Below, piece by piece: positions 15,323 to 22,370 of a DNA stretch of 22,661 nt. A model generated the notes under the pieces. It was not told where the DNA came from and did no database searches. It was given only the letters and a program-made list of their open reading frames with translations. The DNA comes from an uncultured Fibrobacterota bacterium (GTDB taxonomy: Bacteria > Fibrobacterota > OXYB2-FULL-49-7 > JAEUSG01): positions 1 through 22,661 of the forward strand of contig CAZPWS010000051.1 in NCBI GenBank assembly GCA_964590225.1. Direction: 5' to 3'. Within the stretch, counting starts at the first letter, position 1. Every line of letters begins with the position of its first letter. The translations under genes were made by a program, and so were the position numbers.

Positions 15323-16474
15323 TTGTTTATTCAATCGTTAGTTTTAGTTGTTATGCTTGCATTTTCTGCCGCCTTCACTGACGACGATATTGACAACAGG
15401 CGTAAAGAACTTGAATCAATAAAAAAAGATATCGATAAAAATAGGTCGGAAATAAAAAAACTCTCTTCAAGAGAGAGTAATCTCATGAACCTTTTAAAAC
15501 GACTCGATAATGATATAGCATTAATTACAAGATACATGAAAAAACTTGATGATCAGGAATTAGCGCTAAAGAAAGATGTAAATTATACTGAATTTTTGCT
15601 TAATAAAACATCCGGCAATCTTGATGAAAGAAAGTCTTTATTAAAAAAAAGAATAAGAAATATTTACAAAAAAGGACGCTATGACGACCTTGATCTTCTT
15701 TTTAATTCGGCCTCTGTCTCCGATTACCTGAGGCGCAATGCTTTTTTTCGTTACATAGCTGATAGCGACCGCGCTCTTATAAAGGGTATAACCAAGAAGC
15801 AGACAGAATACGAGAATATCAAAAATCGGCTCGAAAATAGACTTTCCGATGTTCACGCGGTGCGAAATGAAAGAGAGAAAGAGCAGATTTCCCTTGAGAA
15901 GCAAAAAAATGCACGGGCAAAAGTACTTAACGAAGTAAAAGGAAAAAAGGGAGAATATACGCGGCAAGTAAGAGAGCTTGAACAGCGACAAGCTGAAATC
16001 AACAAAATCATAGCTGCTCTTCAGTCAGCAAGAAGGAAAAAGACAGCTGTCCCACTAAGCGCCAACTTCGGAGAATTTGGCAAATTAAGAGGCTCCATGC
16101 CATGGCCAGTTAAGGGAAACATAATCAAGCCTTTTGGAACAAACATCCATCCTGTTTATAAAACGCGTACCGTAAACAATGGTGTCGATTTTGAAACCGA
16201 TGATGGAGCTCCGGTTATTTCCGTTGCTAATGGTGAAGTTGCATACACCGGTGTTTTGGGCAGCTTCGGCAATATTGTAATCATTGAGCATAGTGACGGT
16301 TTTTACACCCTTTACGCAAACCTTGAGAAAATAAGAGTAAAAAAAGGGGAAAAGGTCGGTGCTAAAAGTATAATTGGTTCAACCGGATCGACATCTTCTA
16401 TTGACGGAGCAAAACTTCATTTCGAATTACGCCGAGAGAGAAGCGTAATGGATCCAACGAACTGGCTTGAATAA
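15323..16474 (+). CDS. envC: EnvC-like coiled-coil protein with a degenerate M23/LytM domain (probable amidase activator)
   Basis: 383 aa. TTG start 12 nt after GGAGGA (15305-15310). Signal-like N-terminus. About 230 aa of Lys/Glu-rich coiled coil. C-terminal LytM domain in which the HxxxD motif reads N285-N-G-V-D289, the YxHL motif reads YAN333L, and the HxH motif reads K364-L-H366. Confidence 0.75.
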   Translation: MFIQSLVLVVMLAFSAAFTDDDIDNRRKELESIKKDIDKNRSEIKKLSSRESNLMNLLKRLDNDIALITRYMKKLDDQELALKKDVNYTEFLLNKTSGNLDERKSLLKKRIRNIYKKGRYDDLDLLFNSASVSDYLRRNAFFRYIADSDRALIKGITKKQTEYENIKNRLENRLSDVHAVRNEREKEQISLEKQKNARAKVLNEVKGKKGEYTRQVRELEQRQAEINKIIAALQSARRKKTAVPLSANFGEFGKLRGSMPWPVKGNIIKPFGTNIHPVYKTRTVNNGVDFETDDGAPVISVANGEVAYTGVLGSFGNIVIIEHSDGFYTLYANLEKIRVKKGEKVGAKSIIGSTGSTSSIDGAKLHFELRRERSVMDPTNWLE

Positions 16475-16475
16475 T

Positions 16476-17039
16476 TTATTCTTTTTTTGCCTCGACTATC
16501 GATTCCACCTGAAAAACAAATAAATCAACATCATCACTTTTATAACTATCGGAGGAAAGACCTGCCTTTTGAGTACAGAGTATGGATAAAAAGGTATCGA
16601 TATCCCACCCAGTTTCGATGGCTACCTGCGGCAGAAAAACACCACTTCGTTGCCCTTTCCTTATCCAAACTCCATCAATGCCAAGATTTATCTCTTTGTA
16701 TGAAATTATTTTCTGCATTGGAGTGAGAATTGATATTTCAATAACAACATCTCCAAGCTCGCTTCTTGTAATCTTTTTAAAACGGTAGTCATTAAAAGCG
16801 GCCGCTTTAGCCATTTCCGCTACTGCCACATAAAGCGGATCGGAAGCAACCATTTGTCCTATGCAGCCACGAAGATTATTATTAAGCTTAAGCGTGACAA
16901 ATACAGCACGGCGCTCTCTCAGTTTTGGATTGGCTGGTTCTAAGCAAGGACATATACAGGATTTATCCAATGTTGAGGCAATTGACGCCCGTGCAATGTC
17001 AATAAGATATTTTTTTTCGTCATCAGTATATGTACTCAA
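16476..17039 (-). CDS. AMMECR1-domain protein (AmmeMemoRadiSam system protein A)
   Basis: 187 aa. TTG start with RBS AAGGGGA. Hallmark motif LRGCIG in NNLRGCIGQMVA. Lies immediately downstream of the Memo and radical SAM genes. Confidence 0.85.
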   Translation of the reverse strand: MSTYTDDEKKYLIDIARASIASTLDKSCICPCLEPANPKLRERRAVFVTLKLNNNLRGCIGQMVASDPLYVAVAEMAKAAAFNDYRFKKITRSELGDVVIEISILTPMQKIISYKEINLGIDGVWIRKGQRSGVFLPQVAIETGWDIDTFLSILCTQKAGLSSDSYKSDDVDLFVFQVESIVEAKKE

Positions 17040-17051
17040 GATAGTTCCCCT

Positions 17052-17888
17052 TTAGTTAAAAACCATGGCCGAATATCCCACTACACCATTAGCACGACTA
17101 TCCGGAACCGTGTCACCGCTTGTTTCATACATTATAAGCCTTCCATGCTCTTTATCAAGTTCGTTTAGAGCGGTGAAAAAAGCTATAAGAGCATAATAAG
17201 CACAAAGTTCGCATTCCCGCGATTCCAACAGTTGAAATAACATATCATAATCGCCACTTACTATAGAGCTTATAGCTTTCCGGTCCATCCGGAGAGCCTC
17301 ATCGTATTTATGATAATGAGACATATCTGTACTTACCACAATCAGTGTATCCATCCATTTTGTTTTAACTGCTTCAGCTATGGATTTTCCGAGTGCGACA
17401 AGAGCACTATGCTCATTTGTAGCAGTTAATATTGGTACAATTTGAGGCTGGTCCATATAATAGCGAATAAATGGAAATAGTGCTTCAAGCGAATGCTCTT
17501 TTTCGTGAATCTTTTTATCGAATTTCGCTTCTGTATTTTTCATAAGTAAAAAGTTAGCGATTTCCAAGTCTTGCTCAAGACTGCCAATGGGTGTATCCAC
17601 CTTTTCCCAGTCGGAAAAAGCGATTGTTCCATCAAGGTACTTGTGGCTTGTTCCAAGAAGTATAATCTTATCAATTTTTTTTCCACCAACAGCCTTAAAA
17701 CCAGAAGCTGCTGTTCTGCCGCTATACGCGTAACCGGCGTGCGGGACCATAAGCCCAAAAGGATTATCTATTTTATCCACCACAACAGCGGTATTGTCAA
17801 GCACATTAAGCGTGGCAAGAAGCTCATCTCTTTCGGAAGGATACCACAAACCACTTACCGCACATTTTCTTATGCTCTCTTTTCCCAT
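17052..17888 (-). CDS. Memo-like protein (AmmeMemoRadiSam system protein B)
   Basis: 278 aa from ATG 17888, preceded by AAGGAG; the track ORF starts at GTG 17921. Hallmark MVPHAGYAYSG. Additional His/Asp/Cys ligand-type positions (STDMSHYH, ECELCAY). Confidence 0.85.
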   Translation of the reverse strand: MGKESIRKCAVSGLWYPSERDELLATLNVLDNTAVVVDKIDNPFGLMVPHAGYAYSGRTAASGFKAVGGKKIDKIILLGTSHKYLDGTIAFSDWEKVDTPIGSLEQDLEIANFLLMKNTEAKFDKKIHEKEHSLEALFPFIRYYMDQPQIVPILTATNEHSALVALGKSIAEAVKTKWMDTLIVVSTDMSHYHKYDEALRMDRKAISSIVSGDYDMLFQLLESRECELCAYYALIAFFTALNELDKEHGRLIMYETSGDTVPDSRANGVVGYSAMVFN

Positions 17889-18907
17889 TTTCCGTATATC
17901 TCCTTTCCACAATTTCTGCACTTCCCGTCAACCATACTAATTGACTCTATACAATATCCCGATCTTGATACAGATGTAGATAAGCAGCGCGGACAGACTG
18001 TATTATCGTACTCAGAATTATGCATGTTTCCCGCATAAACAAAATTCATCCCCCTTTCTTTTGCCCTGTTGCAAATAGAGAGCACAAGTTCTGGAGGAGT
18101 CGGCTTATGGCCAAGAAGCTTAAATGAAGGGAAAAAACGGGAAAAGTGCAAAGGAACATCCACACCAAGATTTTTAATAACCCACTCAATCAATGCATCA
18201 ATTTCACCAATATCATCGTTCACTTGAGGTATGATAAGGTTCGTAATTTCCATGTGAATTTGTCGCTTCTTTATACTTAATAAAGTATCAAGTACCGGCC
18301 TCAATGAGCCGCCGGTATATTCATGATAAAAGGCTTCGGAAAATCCTTTGAGATCAATATTGGCAGCATCGATAAAAGGAGCAAGCTCCGTAAAAGGGGC
18401 AGGGTTTATAAATCCATTACTTACGAGAACTGTTAATAAGCCATTCCGTTTCGCTTCCACTGCGGTCTCAAGCACCATTTCAAATGAAACTATTGGTTCA
18501 CTATAAGTAAACGATATGCTTTGGCATCTATTTTTAAGTGCCTTATTGACCAATTCCATAGCGGATACTTTGTGTGCAAGAATTTCACCTGAATAGACCT
18601 GCGAAATTGAGCTGTTCTGACAAAACAGACACTTTAGATTACAACCAGCTGCACCCAAAGAGAGCGTTTTACTTCCAGGTAAAAAATGAAATAGTGGTTT
18701 TTTTTCAATTGGATCAATGTTTAACGCTACTACTTCATTATGTGTGGCCGCATAGAGATTTCCTGAGCAATTGATTCTTGCGCCGCACAAACCTCTTTTA
18801 CCTTCAGATATCCTGCACCCGTGCGGACAAAGAGTACAGATAACTGTTGAATTCTCTCCTTTTTCAAAATAGTTAGCCTGTTTCATATTACTTACAATAA
18901 AATACAT
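17870..18907 (-). CDS. AmmeMemoRadiSam system radical SAM enzyme (PflA-like activase family)
   Basis: 345 aa; an alternative ATG lies at 18886. N-terminal CTLCPHGC...GLCGAR. Radical SAM cluster motif GCNLKCLFCQN. C-terminal zinc-ribbon-like CPRC...CRNC. The 3' end overlaps the Memo gene by 19 nt, or 52 nt if the GTG start is used. Confidence 0.85.
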   Translation of the reverse strand: MYFIVSNMKQANYFEKGENSTVICTLCPHGCRISEGKRGLCGARINCSGNLYAATHNEVVALNIDPIEKKPLFHFLPGSKTLSLGAAGCNLKCLFCQNSSISQVYSGEILAHKVSAMELVNKALKNRCQSISFTYSEPIVSFEMVLETAVEAKRNGLLTVLVSNGFINPAPFTELAPFIDAANIDLKGFSEAFYHEYTGGSLRPVLDTLLSIKKRQIHMEITNLIIPQVNDDIGEIDALIEWVIKNLGVDVPLHFSRFFPSFKLLGHKPTPPELVLSICNRAKERGMNFVYAGNMHNSEYDNTVCPRCLSTSVSRSGYCIESISMVDGKCRNCGKEIYGKWEKRA

Positions 18908-18926
18908 ATCATCATTTATCTTATGT

Positions 18927-21116
18927 TTGATGCTTAAAATCGCCTACATATTTGCACTCGTAGTCTTAAAAGCCGCAATTTTTCCGGAAGGTGCGGTTAC
19001 AGATTTAAATTCTTCAAAATGGCTATCCGGTCCGCTGTTCGGCAGAGCAGGGATTTTCGATACCGTTTTTATTAAAAAGAATGGAATTAATAGGCCATTA
19101 TCTGAATCTGACAAGCCAGAAATAATAACGCTTCAGCCATTAGAAAAGTTTTACCTTACAGGAACGGCAAAAGTTGACATAACAGCTCTGGACAGGTCGT
19201 TGGACGCAATTAATGCAACGGTTGCCCATTCCCTTGGCATAAAAGGAAAGGGCGTTGCTATCGGAATATACGACACAGGCATCGACTGGACACATGCAGA
19301 TTTTACCAACAGCGATGGAACAACCCGCATAGCAGCTCTATGGGATCAATCCATTAATCCAAAGGGAACTGAGAAAAGTCCATCCTATAACAACTGTGGG
19401 TTTGGCGTAGAATATACCTCCGATGATATAAACAGGGAGCTACGGGGCGAAACAAATGGCAATGTCCGCTCCCGTGATTACAGTGGGCACGGAACCCATG
19501 TTGCCGCAATTGCCGCATCAAACGGACTCGCCCGCAATGAGCGAAGTCCTACTACCGGATACTCTGGAGTGGCTCCCGAGGCCTCACTAATAATTATCAA
19601 AGGCAGCTATGGCGATGGAGCGGTAAGTGCTGGCCTCGAATATATGGTTAAAAAGGCTGCCGATCTTGCTGTTCCGCTTTCTGTTAATTTTAGCTTTGGG
19701 GGGCACACCGGAGCTCATGATGGCACAAGTGAAACTGAAAAAAAGATTGATTCTCTTTTTAATGCAACCATTTCAGGGAGATTTATCACTGTTGCCGCGG
19801 GTAACGATAATCTTGATAGTATTCACTTATATAAATATTTCCAGCGGGGCGAAGACAAATGGGAGATCCCCTTTTCAATTGCTCCATATACCCCAGTGAC
19901 TGGACAATATAATGACGCGGTTGCCTTCTCTTTCTGGCATTCCGGAGGAAGAAACAACCGCATTACGGTATCTCTTTTAGGGCCAGATTCAAACGGAAAT
20001 CCAACAAGAGAGTTTGGTCCGTTTCAATACAGTCTAATGGCCCCCGCAAAAGGTCAATTGATAGACAGTCTTGGTTATGTGGAAGTATATAATGCTACAA
20101 ATACTGCGAACGGCAAGGATCAGATTATTGTCTATCTTGTTGATTCAATAGTGAATGAAAGACCTATACAGCCAGTTGAAGGCAACTGGAAAATTGTATT
20201 AACAAGATCAGGAACATCCTCAACCGGTGAAATCCATGGCTGGTACCTTACCCATCCTGAAGGTTTTGACCACACCTCAATACATGCATCGATACCTTCA
20301 GCCGACAACACACATTCAGTGGTAGTACCGGCAACCTCAAAGGAAGCGTTAACAACAGGAGGGTTTATATCAAAAAACCATTGGGTTGCGTCAACGGGCG
20401 ACACAGTGAACTACTATATGGCAGATTGGCCCTATTATCCAGGTATCGATACATTGCCTGTTGTTGGTTCGCTATACCCGGAAAGCAATGCCGGACCAAC
20501 AGTTGACGGCAGAATGAAGCCTGAAATTGTCGCTCCTGCGCAAGCCATCACGGCTTCAAGATCAATAAATCTTTCGTACAATGTAGCTGGTCTTAATTCG
20601 TGGGATACAATTCACCTCATAAATTCCGGTACAAGCATGGCGGCACCACATGTAGCTGGTGTTGCTGCCCTATTTCTTTCTATCAATCCTTCGCTTAACC
20701 AACAATCATTAAAAAGTTTGCTGATGCAATCCGCAAAACGGGATAACTACACCGGTGATAGCGCATCAAGCGCCTACTGGGGGGCAGGTAAACTATGGAT
20801 CGACTCAGAAATGTTTAGTAACGCTTCTAATAATCGCGTTCACATTGAAAAACAGCAGCCAATATTTATCTCTCCGAATCCCTTTTCGCGCTCAATTAAT
20901 ATCCACTTTAATGCCCCCAGTAGAGGGGTGTGGAAACTCAAAATTTTTTCCATAAACGGACAATTAATCTCTGCTTCAAGCCACGGAGTGGAAAAAATAG
21001 GCCACAATAAAATCAGATGGGTTAATAGCGACAGATACATCCATGAAAACATCCTTTTTATTACACTTTCAAACGAAACCCACCGATTTTGCAGCAAAAT
21101 TATCCAGTTAAAGTAA
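18927..21116 (+). CDS. Secreted S8-family subtilisin-like serine protease with a T9SS-type C-terminal sorting domain
   Basis: 729 aa from TTG 18927 or ATG 18930. Signal peptide. Catalytic D116 (IYDTGID), H188 (SGHGTHVAA), N293 (AAGND) and S570 (SGTSMAAPHVAG). C-terminal ~80 aa (FISPNPFSRSINIHF...KLKIFSINGQLI...) match the Por-secretion-tail pattern. Confidence 0.85.
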   Translation: MMLKIAYIFALVVLKAAIFPEGAVTDLNSSKWLSGPLFGRAGIFDTVFIKKNGINRPLSESDKPEIITLQPLEKFYLTGTAKVDITALDRSLDAINATVAHSLGIKGKGVAIGIYDTGIDWTHADFTNSDGTTRIAALWDQSINPKGTEKSPSYNNCGFGVEYTSDDINRELRGETNGNVRSRDYSGHGTHVAAIAASNGLARNERSPTTGYSGVAPEASLIIIKGSYGDGAVSAGLEYMVKKAADLAVPLSVNFSFGGHTGAHDGTSETEKKIDSLFNATISGRFITVAAGNDNLDSIHLYKYFQRGEDKWEIPFSIAPYTPVTGQYNDAVAFSFWHSGGRNNRITVSLLGPDSNGNPTREFGPFQYSLMAPAKGQLIDSLGYVEVYNATNTANGKDQIIVYLVDSIVNERPIQPVEGNWKIVLTRSGTSSTGEIHGWYLTHPEGFDHTSIHASIPSADNTHSVVVPATSKEALTTGGFISKNHWVASTGDTVNYYMADWPYYPGIDTLPVVGSLYPESNAGPTVDGRMKPEIVAPAQAITASRSINLSYNVAGLNSWDTIHLINSGTSMAAPHVAGVAALFLSINPSLNQQSLKSLLMQSAKRDNYTGDSASSAYWGAGKLWIDSEMFSNASNNRVHIEKQQPIFISPNPFSRSINIHFNAPSRGVWKLKIFSINGQLISASSHGVEKIGHNKIRWVNSDRYIHENILFITLSNETHRFCSKIIQLK

Positions 21117-21155
21117 TTTTTTTGTTGGTTTGGAGCTTTTGAGTTATATTTTCCT

Positions 21156-21182
21156 TAAAGTTCCCATAATTTTTGCCGATAT
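21156..21182 (+). promoter_or_regulatory. Sigma-28 (FliA)-type promoter upstream of flgM
   Basis: TAAAGTTC-N11-GCCGATAT compared with the enterobacterial consensus TAAAGTTT-N11-GCCGATAA. Match is 7/8 plus 7/8 with exact spacing. It ends 19 nt before the flgM ATG. Confidence 0.7.
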
Positions 21183-21201
21183 CCTTCTACAGGAGTAGTC
21201 T

Positions 21202-21513
21202 ATGAGAATAGGTGCAATTATTCAAAGCCTTAATGTTGAGAGCACAAAGAAGCTCGATCAGCAGAAGAAAACTACTGTTGAAAAGAGTTCTAAGGCTGTA
21301 AATACAGACTCCTCTTTTATTTCTGGGGACGCAAAAAGATTAAGCGAAAGCTCTGCCGACGCTTCAATAGTTAAGATGCGAGCTGCGCACGAACCAGAAA
21401 TCCGAATGGACAAGGTACAGGAAGTTCGCGAAAAGATAAAAAGCGGCTATTATAACTCCTCCGAATTTGCCGACATTTTAGCTGAAAAGATGATTAAAGA
21501 GTTCAAAATTTAA
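21202..21513 (+). CDS. flgM: Anti-sigma-28 factor FlgM
   Basis: 103 aa. Disordered Ser/Lys-rich N-terminal half. C-terminal FlgM signature IRMDKVQEVREKIKSGYYNSSEFADILAEKMI. RBS AGGAG. Confidence 0.8.
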   Translation: MRIGAIIQSLNVESTKKLDQQKKTTVEKSSKAVNTDSSFISGDAKRLSESSADASIVKMRAAHEPEIRMDKVQEVREKIKSGYYNSSEFADILAEKMIKEFKI

Positions 21514-21547
21514 TATATACCCTGTATAAGGGACGATTACAGAGGGG

Positions 21548-21585
21548 CCGGTTGAACAGAAAGCGTTTGACCGGTTTTTTATTTT
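21548..21585 (+). terminator. Rho-independent terminator after flgM
   Basis: CCGGTTGAAC (21548-21557) pairs with GTTTGACCGG (21565-21574) as a 10-bp stem with two G-U pairs and a 7-nt loop, followed by TTTTTTATTTT. Confidence 0.75.
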
Positions 21586-22112
21586 AACCCGGCTAACTGG
21601 TTTTTATAGATAGCCCTCAGATTATTAAAAAACCTTAAATAGTGCTCACTTCCATAGTCTTTGTAGGTGTGCTCAAACGGCATAAAAGTCTTACCCTTAT
21701 ATCGCAGCGTCACCTCTTCGTATATACCATCACGGATATAAATTCTGCAAAAGTTGTCCTTTGTGGACGCAAGAAAAAGTTGTCCCAATGTAAGATAGCC
21801 TGGATCTAAATTGCAACACCGCGAGCCATCAGGAGAAAAGTATTCTTTTTCCATAACAATGGTTTTTCTTTTTATATCAGGAAGAGTTGTTCGATTGGCC
21901 AACTCATGAAAACCAACAAAAACTCTTTTTAGATTACTTCCCATTTCGTCCTTATAGTAGTCCGAAAATAAAGAGAAGTCAACAGAGGAGCTTTCTGTAT
22001 CGATGGCTCCAATCTTTTCTGTCAAAGCCTTCTTAACAATATTAAAATCCATTCCCTCAGAAAGAATTATTCCGCAGAACAATTTTACTAAAACAGGTTC
22101 TTTTTCTATCAT
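21579..22112 (-). CDS. DUF4416-like protein of unknown function
   Basis: 177 aa from ATG 22112, with RBS AGGA and an upstream TTGACA-N17-TATCTT promoter. The longer track ORF to 22271 runs through that promoter. Motifs VKLFCGII, FSDYYKDEMG, CNLDPGYLTLGQLFLASTKD. Family recalled from memory. Confidence 0.55.
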   Translation of the reverse strand: MIEKEPVLVKLFCGIILSEGMDFNIVKKALTEKIGAIDTESSSVDFSLFSDYYKDEMGSNLKRVFVGFHELANRTTLPDIKRKTIVMEKEYFSPDGSRCCNLDPGYLTLGQLFLASTKDNFCRIYIRDGIYEEVTLRYKGKTFMPFEHTYKDYGSEHYLRFFNNLRAIYKNQLAGLK

Positions 22113-22127
22113 AACAGTCCTATTTTT

Positions 22128-22156
22128 AAGATATAAAACAAAAATAAATATGTCAA
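22128..22156 (-). promoter_or_regulatory. Sigma-70-type promoter for the DUF4416-like gene
   Basis: On the minus strand, TTGACA (22156-22151), a 17-nt spacer, then TATCTT (22133-22128), 15 nt upstream of the ATG at 22112. Confidence 0.5.
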
Positions 22157-22158
22157 CT

Positions 22159-22292
22159 TTTACGAACATATTTAAAAATACGCAGATAAAAAGGTTGTCA
22201 TGCAGCCTTGCTTGCCTGAAAAAGAGAGGCACGAGCCTTACATAGCAACCACGAATAATTAAACAAAGCAACGAACATAATTTACGAACAGA
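22159..22292. repeat. Short direct repeats of the ACGAACA type in the divergent control region
   Basis: TTTACGAACA occurs exactly at 22159-22168 and 22281-22290. ACGAACATA occurs exactly at 22162-22170 and 22271-22279. A related ACGAATAAT lies at 22251-22259. Confidence 0.5.
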
Positions 22293-22303
22293 TTATTAAA
22301 ACA

Positions 22304-22333
22304 TTGACTAGCGAAAACAGCATATTATATATT
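22304..22333 (+). promoter_or_regulatory. Sigma-70-type promoter for the tandem-HTH gene (TTGACT-N18-TATATT)
   Basis: TTGACT at 22304-22309 and TATATT at 22328-22333. Followed by GGAGG (22361-22365) and the ATG at 22371. Confidence 0.55.
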
Positions 22334-22370
22334 CCAATTATAGAAACCTTAACTGTATAGGAGGGTCAGA

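Noticed and set aside
15641-15991. 116-aa minus-strand ORF inside the envC-like gene
   Set aside because: It arises from the A/G-rich coiled-coil codons of the plus-strand gene, giving a Phe/Leu-rich antisense product. It has no independent support.
17571-18038. 155-aa plus-strand ORF
   Set aside because: It is antisense to the Memo and radical SAM genes, both of which carry unmistakable family motifs. It has no motif or RBS of its own.
22003-22245. 80-aa plus-strand ORF, or its 31-aa tail from ATG 22149 with CSLAC
   Set aside because: The first half is antisense to the DUF4416-like gene. The tail lies in the promoter region with no RBS, and its basic composition just reflects AT-rich DNA.
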